From positions 1 through 39,478 of the forward strand of contig JAUCBJ010006396.1 of the NCBI GenBank assembly GCA_032718475.1: DNA of 39,478 bases. Reading direction: 5' to 3'. This document shows positions 1 through 12,800 of the stretch, piece after piece. The translations under genes were made by a program, and so were the position numbers. Origin of the DNA: Nemertoderma westbladi (Eukaryota > Animalia > Xenacoelomorpha). The notes below the pieces were generated by a model. The model was not told where the DNA came from. It saw nothing but the letters and a program-made list of their open reading frames with translations, and did not search any database. Position 1 is the first letter of the stretch. Each line of letters starts with the position of its first letter.

Positions 1-2080
1 CTAGCGTATTAGATACCAGGGTGATGTCATCCGCAGAGTCAGTGTCTGTGATTGTAGTTGCCAGGTATCTACTACTTCTGCGTTCTTGAAGTGTGAACCC
101 CAGATCTTCACCCTCTGTGGCCGTCCCCATTGCATAATCCAGCACAATTACAAATAGTAATAGTGCTAATGTGTCACCTTGCAGTACACCGGCCAGGATT
201 GAGAAAAATTCAGTTTCACCATCTGGTGAGAGTACCTGCACTTCTGTATCACAATATAACAATCCAATGCCAGCAACAATTACTTCTGGTATTTCATAAG
301 TTCTTAGGATTTCAAGCATTTCACCTCTATGGATGGAATCGAATGCCTTCTTGAAGTCTACAAAAGTCATGACTGTGGTGAGATTCTTTGACTTAATTCC
401 TTCAATCAATCTCTGCAGTGCAAGTATCTGAGCTATTGTTGATTTATTTGGTCGAAATCCATTTTGACTCTTACGCAGTAGTTTCTCTATGTGAGGCCTA
501 ATCCTATATAGAATCATTTTATTGTATATTTTGGCAGCTACCACAGGCAGACAGATCCCACGATAGTTTGTTGGTATACAGAGGTCTCCTTTCTTTGGGA
601 GAGGCTTTAGTTGACCTTTAGTCCAAATTGGTGGTGGCTTTTCCCCTTTTAACATCCAGTTGCAAACATTCAAGCACCTCTGTTTTCCATACCTCCACTG
701 GGATTTCATCTAATCCACTCGCTTTATTATTGGACATGCTTTTAATGCTTCTTTGGAGTTCGGCAGGTGTGAAGTCCCCTGTTTCTATAGGTAGTGTCTT
801 GTCATATATTTTCCTTGTAGCACTGACCTCAATGTTTGATGGCTGCCCAAGCAAATTGCTGAAGTGATTTTTCCACTTCCCCACACGTTCTTCAGGACTA
901 TCGGCTTTGAGGCGCCCCTTTGTACAACTTTTCCGACCATATATACCTCATTTACAGTTTGCCAGGTAAGTCTTGATTGTTTCTGTATGTGAGCAGTTGT
1001 AATGGCTTCAATTGCTTAATTGTTAATGTTTTCGGTTGTTGGGTTTTTACTTTGTAGGCTATCTTAAGATCTTCTCTCTTACAAGTAACGTCAGAGTTTT
1101 GCCATGGCACATACTGTTTTCGTTTGGGTTTCTGGGGGATATGCCTCTTAGCTGATTCCTTGTTGGCTGTTATTATATTCTGGTATATTGAATCGGTGGA
1201 CTGGTACTTCATCCATTGACTGAAGTGCTTCAAAGCGGTTTTGAACTTCTACTGTGTAAGCATCCTTTACTGCATTGTCAGTTCTGAGTTTCTCCCAGTC
1301 ATAGTTGATTTGATTGCTTGTCCTGGGTTTGCTGGCTCTCAAACTGAGTCTGATCTCTGCAGTCACGATTCTGTGGTGCGAACCAATTAGGTTGAACGAG
1401 CTGTATGCCTCGCATTTGATCATGCTGTTTCTCCACTTTTTGTTTATAAGGATGTATTCCAGTTGTGATTTGGTTCCATTGGGGTATTGAAAGTATAATA
1501 ATAGCTTAACCATAGCATAGTCCAGTCAGATCATCATAAAACTTGACTGCTTGTTCTGGCTCTGAGGCATTGGTTGGATTGTAGCAACATATTACTGTTG
1601 CCTTGGTATTCCCATCAAATGTTGCGATCATAACCCTGGAATTTATAGATTCGATGTTGTTTAGGGTCTTAAGTGCAAATGGGCTTAGCAGAATTCCTAC
1701 TCCACCAATTGATGCATTGGCCGAGTTTCTTACTGCTGAGCTTGTTACAAACGTCCATCCATTTCCAATGTCATTGTACTTCATGGCAGTGTCTTCATGA
1801 CAAATACGATGTTCTTGGATGCAGATGATGTCGATGTTATATTTCATTGCCAGAGGGAATGTAACCCTGTTTGGTATGTGCTTTCAGCGTGCGTGCGTTC
1901 ATTGTAGCAATCTTTAGTGTCTTTTTACATTTCAACAGGTTGGTTCTTCTTTCTTCTGTTCCAGTAGCCGATTTATCGACCCCAGCCTGGTGTACCACTG
2001 AGGGACGCGGTCCTTGTTGAGCCGGGCGACGACCGAGCTGGTATTTCTCCTGGAGGGTTCTTGTATAGGTGAGATAGGCT
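1..2080 (-). mobile_element. Degenerate RTE-type non-LTR retrotransposon (APE endonuclease + reverse transcriptase), frameshifted, runs off the left window edge
   Basis: Minus-strand fragments read KIATMNARTL (~1915), DIICIQEHR and GGVGILLS (ORF 1506-1847), QLEYILI..SHHRIV (ORF 1148-1513), KASGLDEIP (ORF 618-884), GVLQGDT (~190) and DSADDI (~35, degenerate YADD). Order is the APE-RT order; multiple stops and frameshifts. Confidence 0.9.
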
Positions 2081-2239
2081 CTACGTGCACCATGTCCTGG
2101 AATATAGTGTCGTCATTCAGGTACCTCCTCCCCTCCCCCAGGGTTTTTTCTAAATATGTTAGTTAAATTTATAAATGAAAATAGCGATTTCTAAATTTTT
2201 CAATTTGTTTAGAAATTGGTCACATAGAGACTAGACTAT

Positions 2240-2722
2240 TAGGATTTCAAGCATTTTACCTCTATGGATGGAGTCGAATGCCTTCTTGAAGTCCACAAAA
2301 GTCACGATTGCGGGGAGATGCTTTGTCTTAATTCCTTCAATCAGTCTCCATAGTGCAAGTATCTGAGCTATTGTTGATCTACTTGGTCGAAATCCGTTTT
2401 GGCTCTTATGCAGTTAGTTTCTCTATGTCTCTTAGCACTCCTGTTTTCCATACCTCCGCTGGGATTTCATGTAATCCACTCGCTTTATGATTGGACATGC
2501 TTTCAATGCTTCTTTGGAGTTCCCTGTTTCTATAGGTAGTGTCTTGTCATATATTTTCCTTGTAGGGTTGACCTCGTCGTTTGTCAAGTTGCTGAACTCT
2601 TTCCAATAGCAAGTTTTTCTTTCCAATTTCCAACACGTTCTTCGGGTCAGGACTATCAGCTTTGAGGCGCCCCTTAGCACAACTTTTCAGACCAGATACC
2701 CCATTTACAGTTTGCCAGGTAA
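2240..2722 (-). mobile_element. Second, internally deleted fragment of the same RTE LINE family
   Basis: Closely matches 305-968 (e.g. taggatttcaagcattt, gtgcaagtatctgagctattgttgat, tttacagtttgccaggtaa) with internal deletions. Confidence 0.85.
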
Positions 2723-3556
2723 ATTAATAGGTTTAATAATGTGCTATAGTTAATAAGTAGTGTCGCCATTATTATCCATTATTATTGTCTATTATAATTT
2801 ATACGAATTCTATAGTATGGGGGTGGGAAGCGGAAGGGGGAGGGGTGGCTAAGATTATTTGAATATTTGAATGGGAGAATCTTTTTTTAGGCTCGTTAGC
2901 CAAGGAATGCCTGTTCACCACCATGGGTGATCTTCCACAGTAAACCCCTTCCACTTATTTGAATATTTATTACATCGGTAGTCATTTATAGATGGCGTAC
3001 TAAACTAGCAGCTTTATATATGATGTATATAACGTAACATCCGTGTTTGCAATAGTATTTAAACTGAGTTTTATAACTAAATCGTTATTAAGTCTCACCT
3101 TTGGTGACGTCATCTACTCTCGGAAATTTCGTGGTGTCGTGACCGCCAGAGATCGAAAACCCGAACTTCTTTTCAGTTTTTGTCATGTTGAGAGAAACAA
3201 CAGTCTCGACACCCTGTACGGGATAAAAAGCAATTATAATAGACATCGCTATGAACTGGACAACAATTATTTATGTACCGATTATAAACTCATTATTTTG
3301 CCCTCATTTAATAACAACGGACATAAAACACACAACGTATTTCTCACCTGATTATAGGATATCCGTTTCATAGAAGTCAGTTGACCAGACTTTATTGGCA
3401 CTGCGACTCCGTTCAACATGTTGGAATGTAGTTGACCCTGAGTTGGGTAACTAACACGAACGTCACCATTCTGTAGAAAAAAAAACGCATTAAGAAAATT
3501 AAGAAAAGAAGCCAACAGTAAGAAAAGTTGTAGAAGTATCATCATACCAAAATTCG

Positions 3557-3735
3557 GGATGTAGGACAATTCGGTCCCAGACAATTCGGTCCGGACAATT
3601 CGGTCCCGGACAATTCGATAGCGGACAATTCGGTCCCAAAACACTAAATAAACGGGACCGAATTGTCCGGGATCGAATTGTCCTAGGACCGAATTGTCCG
3701 GGCCCGAATTGTCCGGGACCGAATTGTCCGGTTTC
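3557..3735. mobile_element. Small foldback-type MITE with 15-bp subterminal tandem repeats
   Basis: Left arm GGATGTA+(ggacaattcggtccc)n; right arm (gggaccgaattgtcc)n ending ggtttc; short unique centre. No TSD seen. Confidence 0.75.
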
Positions 3736-3749
3736 TGATAGCAACTTTT

Positions 3750-4050
3750 TTTTTGATATTGGTGAATGTTCTAGAACATTAGTAGATATATTTTATTATG
3801 GTAGCTAGTGTTTTTCTACTAGCTAGAATTTTTTGAAATTTTAAAAATACTGTATTTTTATTATTTTTGTTATTGGTAAGTGTTCGAGAACATTATTATT
3901 ATATATTATTTATTAAGGTGTAGCTAGTGTTTTTTTTACTAGCTAGCATTTTCTTGAAATTATAAAAACACTTGTGAAAACATTGATATTTCAGAATTAG
4001 GCTTAAACTGTTGCTGATTATATTAATTACCAAAAATATTGATGATATTA
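3750..4050. repeat. Dispersed AT-rich repeat, two tandem ~120-bp units; same family as 37725-37970
   Basis: tattggtgaatgttctagaacatt...tagctagtgttttt...ctagctag...gaaatt.taaaaa occurs at ~3757, ~3872 and ~37731, and inverted at ~37880-37965. Confidence 0.7.
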
Positions 4051-4749
4051 TAACAGTCCCTGAATGAGATCCAGCTATTATCTAAGATAATAATTTAGGC
4101 TTGTTACCAACTAACACGTTCGTGGGGCCATCGCGCAGGACGAGGCTCAGTTATTAGATACATATTAAAATTGAGCAATTCTATCCCAAAATCGGTACTT
4201 AAGAAATTTAAATAAATAAAAAAATTTAACCAAACCGCCTATAAGAATAAATCAAAGAAGAAAGGAAAGTTCCCCTTACCTTATGCCGATAGTATTGATA
4301 CTGAAATATTAATTTATCATGCCAATGCTCAACGAAATTATTTAGCTAATATCTAAAGAATCACCATTAAATTCAGCCAATCAGTGTGCTAGATAGAGCA
4401 AGCTCAGTGGGAGGATGATTGGAATGTTTCCCATCTAATAGGCAATATCAAGAATGCCAAGGAATGATGAGACTGGAAGTATAGAGTGATGGAATGCATT
4501 TTAACTTAATTACGTTTAGATAAATTAAAAACACATTTCTTAAAGCAAATCTCTTGAACTAATTAAAAACTATAATGGAATGGTGTATGGGGATTACAGC
4601 TGTATAACTTTTAAGTATAATTATTTAAGTCTTATACTAGAAAATAATTAATATCCTTTAAGGAGGCAGGTTGAAATGGATGTTTTTACCCTAATCAACT
4701 TCCTAACTATCTTTAGCTAATTAACTAATTAACTGCTATTATCTTAGCT

Positions 4750-4975
4750 TCTCGAAGGCCACACGGAAATTCAACTTGGAAAATTTATAAACTTTGGCCA
4801 GACTACATGTGTACCAAGTTTGGTTAAATTTCATTAACATTTGGCTGAGTTATTAACGTTTAAAATTGGACACAACAGAACAACAGATCGACAGAACAAC
4901 AGATCGACAGACACACCAATTGAGTTAGTGGTACCTGTATGCTAAGCTCGCTTACTTTCGTCGCTCGCCCCACAA
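4750..4975 (+). mobile_element. Probable non-autonomous Helitron/Helentron-like interspersed element
   Basis: taccaagtttggttaaat, then an (acag/gaca)-type simple repeat, then a gctcgc..gctcgccc end; this layout resembles invertebrate rolling-circle non-autonomous elements. Recognised by pattern only. Confidence 0.4.
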
Positions 4976-6843
4976 CACATATACATACATACGCAATATA
5001 TATAAAAAAAATCAGTATCAATATAATACAAATACCAAAATATAAATAACTTACCATTTTATATATCGTTTTATCAGAGCGAGATAAACTAACATATCTT
5101 CTCAATATTCCTCATTATAAGTTTTCAAATATAAATAGATTTGTTCTAAAATAATTACTGCACAATGCCCTATATTCCTATTGCCTATAAATAATACCAG
5201 GCTGATGAGTACAGGTATCCATGGTTACTGACTTTGTATATCGGGACTTTTTTGAGAAACTAGGTACTTAATCGCATTCGGTGAGTTACTTAAGTGTTAT
5301 TTTATATTTCTTAGAGGCTGTAACTGCCGTACTGTGTAAATAATAAAACAAGGGTCAGTAAGTTAAGTAGGATGGCTAGATGTAGACCTACTCTAACTCT
5401 AGCAACCAACAATCCTGTATATTATAATATATATCACCAGATTTTAGAAATATATAAATTTGAAGTGATATAAATAAAATCCCCAGAGTAATAATATAAT
5501 GGAAAAAAATATGAATTCCATTCCATAGGAGAGATTTCCCAACAAAGAGAAAGAGAAATGGGAATTGATTGGTTATAAATGACAATGAAATGACCAGAGC
5601 ATTGATGGAGTTGGTGCAAAATCAATAACAACAACTTCCATCGATCTGAAACAACAGCCAATTATTTACCAATTGCTACTTATCTAAAGCGGTTCTAATC
5701 AATGTCCAGTAGTGGGTACCGGTACCGTATGCCGTTTAGCACAGAAAAGAATGCGGCATTCACAACATCGATGATTATGATTGAAGGATTGAACAATAAT
5801 TAATTAACTAAACTGGTAACGACTTACTATAATATAATTATTATTCTAAAGAATCACAACAACTGATTACTGGATTGTTTACTGAAATTCGATATAATCA
5901 AAACATTTCCAAACTGGTAACTGACATTGAAATAAAGCAAAATAGACGAAATGTTGATAAATTGTTAGCCAATCATCAATACTAACATACCATAGAACCT
6001 AACTAATCCATCGTATATAACAGCTAGTATAACTTCCGGTACCTTTGCTAGTGAGTACAGTAGTAAGGCAGGGGGTGGGTGGGTGGGTGGGTGGGGGGGG
6101 GGGGGGGGGGGGGATTGAGAATTCTAATATTTACAGTAAATAGTACATTTATAAATCATAACTGAAATATTACACAATATTATTTCTAATTATTATTAAG
6201 CAGTTAATACAACTGATAGTTTTAACCTAATTCATTAAATTGTAAAAGCTATACATTATATAATCTTCTTATAAATACATATAAATAACTAGAATATCAT
6301 TGAAATCAATTAAAATAATTAAAATTCTACATCCCGGTGGGTGGACGGGACAGTGAGTATTACAGATTATAGACTCCGGCAGTAAATTAAATACAAATAA
6401 AAATACATAATACGCAGCACATAAAAATAGTATAAGCATGATAAGTTTGTACATTCCAAAGCAGTTAGCATTAACCAATTGCGGGTCTAGGGAGGGAATT
6501 GTTTATATTAGCATAGCAGTGAATGGTACACAGGATAGCTATACTACAGTACAGTAACATCTGGTGCACTGCGGGCTGTCATTAGTGGATGATTGAGAAC
6601 GCTGCGTTACAATGCGCACCCATTAGATTATAGTGGAATATAGATACGTTTAATGCTTACACTTACTTACTATACTAGAAAGGAAGGTTGGGTTACATGC
6701 CGTTTCATCCGGTAATATTCCGTACCGGGTCACCGATTTTAAAGCCGTTTCGTCACCCGAACTGACAAATGAACACAACAAGTGGTGAAATCGAAACCAA
6801 ATAGATTATTGGGGAAAACAAGACATCCCCATTGGTTAATATC

Positions 6844-9800
6844 TGCTACTGGTATTCCAGTAGCCCTGCTACAGTACAACACTACCTGGTATTCCAGTAG
6901 CCCTGCTACTACACTGCCTGGTATTCCAGTAGCCATGCTACACTACACTACCTGGTATTCTAGTAGTCCTGCTATAGTACAACACTGCCTGGTATTCCAG
7001 TAGCCCTTCTACTATACACTACCTGGTATTCCAGTAGCCCTGCTACACTACACTACCTGGTATTCTAGTAGCCCTGCTACTACTACTACACTACCTGGTA
7101 TTCCAGTAGCCCTTCTACTACACTACCAGGTGTTCCAGTAGCCCTGCTACTACTACTACACTACCTGGTATTCCAGTAGCCCTGCTTCTACACTACCTGG
7201 TATTCCAGTAGCCCTGCTACTACACTACCTGGTATTCCAGTAGCCCTGCTACTACACTACCTGGTATTCCAGTAGCCCTGCTACTACTACTACACTACCT
7301 GGTATTCCAGTAGCCCTGCTACTACTACTACACTACCTGGTATTCCAGTAGCCCTGCTACTACACTACCTGGTATTCCAGTAGCCCTGCTACTACACTAC
7401 CTGGTATTCCAGTAGCCCTGCTACTACACTACCTGGTATTCCAGTACCCCTGCTACTACACTACCTGGTATTCCAGTAGCCCTGCTACAGTACAAAACTA
7501 CCTTGTATTCCAGTAGCCCTGCTTCTACACTACCTGGTATTCCAGTAGCCCTGCTTCTACACTACCTGGTATTCCAGTAGCCCTGCTACTACACTACCTG
7601 GTATTCCAGTAGCCCTGCTACTACACTACCTGGTATTCCAGTACCCCTGCTACTACACTACCTGGTATTCCAGTAGCCCTGCTACTACACTACCTGGTAT
7701 TCCAGTAGCCCTGCTACTACACTACCTGGTATTCCAGTAGCCCTGCTACTACACTACCTGGTATTCCAGTAGCCCTGCTACTACACTACCTGGTATTCCA
7801 GTAGCCCTGCTACTACACTACCTGGTATTCCAGTAGCCCTGCTACAGTACAAAACTACCTTGTATTCCAGTAGCCCTGCTTCTACACTACCTGGTATTCC
7901 AGTAGCCCTGCTACTACACTACCTGGTATTCCAGTAGCCCTGCTACTACTACTACACTAATGGTATTCCAGTAGCCCTGCTACACTTCACTACATGGTAT
8001 TCCAGTAGCCCTGCTACTACACTACCTGGTATTCCAGTAGCCCTGCTACTACACTACCTGGTATTCCAGTAGCCCTGCTACTACACTACCTGGTATTCCA
8101 GTAGCCCTTCTACTACACTACCTGGTATTCCAGTACCCCTGCTACTACACTACCTGGTATTCCAGTAGCCCTGCTACTACACTACCTGGTATTCCAGTAG
8201 CCCTTCTACTACACTACCTGGTATTCCAGTACCCCTGCTACTACACTACCTGGTATTCCAGTAGCCCTGCTACTACACTACCTGGTATTCCAGTAGCCCT
8301 GCTACAGTACAAAACTACCTTGTATTCCAGTAGCCCTGCTTCTACACTACCTGGTATTCCAGTAGCCCTGCTACTACACTACCTGGTATTCCAGTAGCCC
8401 TGCTACTACTACTACACTAATGGTATTCCAGTAGCCCTGCTATACTTCACTACCTGGTATTCCAGTAGCCCTGCTACTACACTACCTGGTATTCCAGTAG
8501 CCCTGCTACTACACTACCTGGTATTCCAGTAGCCCTGCTACTACACTACCTGGTATTCCAGTAGCCCTTCTACTACACTACCTGGTATTCCAGTACCCCT
8601 GCTACTACACTACCTGGTATTCCAGTAGCCCTTCTACTACACTACCTGGTATTCCAGTAGCCCTGCTACAGTACAAACTACCTTGTATTCCAGTAGCCCT
8701 GCTTCTACACTACCTGGTATTCCAGTAGCCCTGCTACTACACTACCTGGTATTCCAGTAGCCCTTCTACTACACTACCTGGTATTCCAGTACCCCTGCTA
8801 CTACACTACCTGGTATTCCAGTAGCCCTGCTACTACACTACCTGGTATTCCAGTGGCCCTGCTACTACACTACCTGGTATTCCAGTAGCCCTGCTACTAC
8901 ACTACCTGGTATTCCAGTAGCCCTTCTACTACACTACCTGGTATTCCAGTACCCCTGCTACTACACTACCTGGTATTCCAGTAGCCCTGCTACTACACTA
9001 CCTGGTATTCCAGTGGCCCTGCTACTACACTACCTGGTATTCCAGTAGCCCTGCTACTACACTACCTGGTATTCCAGTACCCCTGCTACTACACTACCTG
9101 GTATTCCAGTAGCCCTGCTACTACACTACCTGGTATTCCAGTAGCCCTTCTACTACACTACCTGGTATTCCAGTACCCCTGCTACTACACTACCTGGTAT
9201 TCCAGTGGCCCTGCTACTACACTACCTGGTATTCCAGTGGCCCTGCTACTACACTACCTGGTATTCCAGTACCCCTGCTACTACACTACCTGGTATTCCA
9301 GTACCCCTGCTACTACACTACCTGGTATTCCAGTGGCCCTGCTACTACACTACCTGGTATTCCAGTAGCCCTGCTACTACACTACCTGGTATTCCAGTAG
9401 CCATGCTACTACACTACCTGGTATTCCAGTACCCCTGCTACTACACTACCTGGTATTCCAGTAGCCCTGCTACTACACTACCTGGTATTCCAGTAGCCCT
9501 TCTACTACACTACCTGGTATTCCAGTACCCCTGCTACTACACTACCTGGTATTCCAGTAGCCCTGCTACTACACTACCTGGTATTCCAGTGGCCCTGCTA
9601 CTTCACTACCTGGTATTCCAGTACCCCTGCTACTACACTACCTGGTATTCCAGTAGCCCTGCTACTACACTACCTGGTATTCCAGTACCCCTGCTACTAC
9701 TACTACACTACCTGGTATTCCAGTAGCCCTGCTACTACACTACCTGGTATTCCAGTAGCCCTGCTACTACACTACCTGGTATTCCAGTAGCCCTGCTACT

Positions 9801-12800
9801 ACACTACCTGGTATTCCAGTAGCCCTGCTACTACACTACCTGGTATTCCAGTACCCCTGCTACTACTACTACACTACCTGGTATTCCAGTAGCCCTGCTA
9901 CTACACTACCTGGTATTCCAGTAGCCCTGCTACTACACTACCTGGTATTCCAGTGGCCCTGCTACTTCACTACCTGGTATTCCAGTACCCCTGCTACTAC
10001 ACTACCTGGTATTCCAGTAGCCCTGCTACTACACTACCTGGTATTCCAGTAGCCCTGCTACTACACTACCTGGTATTCCAGTAGCCCTGCTACAGTACAA
10101 AACTACCTTGTATTCCAGTAGCCCTGCTTCTACACTACCTGGTATTCCAGTAGCCCTGCTACTACACTACCTGGTATTCCAGTAGCCCTTCTACTACACT
10201 ACCTGGTATTCCAGTACCCCTGCTACTACACTACCTGGTATTCCAGTAGCCCTGCTACTACACTACCTGGTATTCCAGTAGCCCTGCTACAGTACAAAAC
10301 TACCTTGTATTCCAGTAGCCCTGCTTCTACACTACCTGGTATTCCAGTAGCCCTGCTACTACACTACCTGGTATTCCAGTGGCCCTGCTACTACACTACC
10401 TGGTATTCCAGTAGCCCTGCTACAGTACAAAACTACCTTGTATTCCAGTAGCCCTGCTTCTACACTACCTGGTATTCCAGTAGCCCTGCAACTACACTAC
10501 CTGGTATTCCAGTAGCCCTGCTACTACTACTACACTAATGGTATTCCAGTAGCCCTGCTACACTTCACTACATGGTATTCCAGTAGCCCTGCTACTACAC
10601 TACCTGGTATTCCAGTAGCCCTGCTACTACACTACCTGGTATTCCAGTAGCCCTGCTACTACACTACCTGGTATTCCAGTAGCCCTGCTACAGTACAAAA
10701 CTACCTTGTATTCCAGTAGCCCTGCTTCTACACTACCTGGTATTCCAGTAGCCCTGCTACTACACTACCTGGTATTCCAGTAGCCCTGCTACTACTACTA
10801 CACTAATGGTATTCCAGTAGCCCTGCTACACTTCACTACATGGTATTCCAGTAGCCCTGCTACTACACTACCTGGTATTCCAGTAGCCCTGCTACTACAC
10901 TACCTGGTATTCCAGTAGCCCTGCTACTACACTACCTGGTATTCCAGTAGCCCTTCTACTACACTACCTGGTATTCCAGTACCCCTGCTACTACACTACC
11001 TGGTATTCCAGTAGCCCTTCTACTACACTACCTGGTATTCCAGTAGCCCTGCTACAGTACAAAACTACCTTGTATTCCAGTAGCCCTGCTTCTACACTAC
11101 CTGGTATTCCAGTAGCCCTGCTACTACACTACCTGGTATTCCAGTAGCCCTTCTACTACACTACCTGGTATTCCAGTACCCCTGCTACTACACTACCTGG
11201 TATTCCAGTAGCCCTGCTACTACACTACCTGGTATTCCAGTGGCCCTGCTACTACACTACCTGGTATTCCAGTAGCCCTGCTACTACACTACCTGGTATT
11301 CCAGTAGCCCTTCTACTACACTACCTGGTATTCCAGTACCCCTGCTACTACACTACCTGGTATTCCAGTAGCCCTGCTACTACACTACCTGGTATTCCAG
11401 TGGCCCTGCTACTACACTACCTGGTATTCCAGTAGCCCTGCTACTACACTACCTGGTATTCCAGTACCCCTGCTACTACACTACCTGGTATTCCAGTAGC
11501 CCTGCTACTACACTACCTGGTATTCCAGTAGCCCTTCTACTACACTACCTGGTATTCCAGTACCCCTGCTACTACACTACCTGGTATTCCAGTGGCCCTG
11601 CTACTACACTACCTGGTATTCCAGTGGCCCTGCTACTACACTACCTGGTATTCCAGTACCCCTGCTACTACACTACCTGGTATTCCAGTACCCCTGCTAC
11701 TACACTACCTGGTATTCCAGTGGCCCTGCTACTACACTACCTGGTATTCCAGTACCCCTGCTACTACACTACCTGGTATTCCAGTGGCCCTGCTACTACA
11801 CTACCTGGTATTCCAGTGGCCCTGCTACTACACTACCTGGTATTCCAGTACCCCTGCTACTACACTACCTGGTATTCCAGTACCCCTGCTACTACACTAC
11901 CTGGTATTCCAGTACCCCTGCTACTACACTACCTGGTATTCCAGTAGCCCTGCTACTACACTACCTGGTATTCCAGTACCCCTGCTACTACACTACCTGG
12001 TATTCCAGTAGCCCTGCTACTACACTACCTGGTATTCCAGTAGCCCTTCTACTACACTACCTGGTATTCCAGTACCCCTGCTACTACACTACCTGGTATT
12101 CCAGTGGCCCTGCTACTACACTACCTGGTATTCCAGTGGCCCTGCTACTACACTACCTGGTATTCCAGTACCCCTGCTACTACACTACCTGGTATTCCAG
12201 TACCCCTGCTACTACACTACCTGGTATTCCAGTGGCCCTGCTACTACACTATCTGGTATTCCAGTACCCCTGCTACTACACTACCTGGTATTCCAGTAGC
12301 CCTGCTACTACACTACCTGGTATTCCAGTAGCCCTTCTACTACACTACCTGGTATTCCAGTACCCCTGCTACTACACTACCTGGTATTCCAGTAGCCCTG
12401 CTACTACACTACCTGGTATTCCAGTGGCCCTGCTACTTCACTACCTGGTATTCCAGTACCCCTGCTACTACACTACCTGGTATTCCAGTAGCCCTGCTAC
12501 TACACTACTTGGTATTCCAGTACCCCTGCTACTACTACTACACTACCTGGTATTCCAGTAGCCCTGCTACTACACTACCTGGTATTCCAGTAGCCCTGCT
12601 ACTACACTACCTGGTATTCCAGTAGCCCTGCTACTACACTACCTGGTATTCCAGTACCCCTGCTACTACTACTACACTACCTGGTATTCCAGTAGCCCTG
12701 CTACTACACTACCTGGTATTCCAGTAGCCCTGCTACTACACTACCTGGTATTCCAGTACCCCTGCTACTACACTACCTGGTATTCCAGTAGCCCTGCTAC

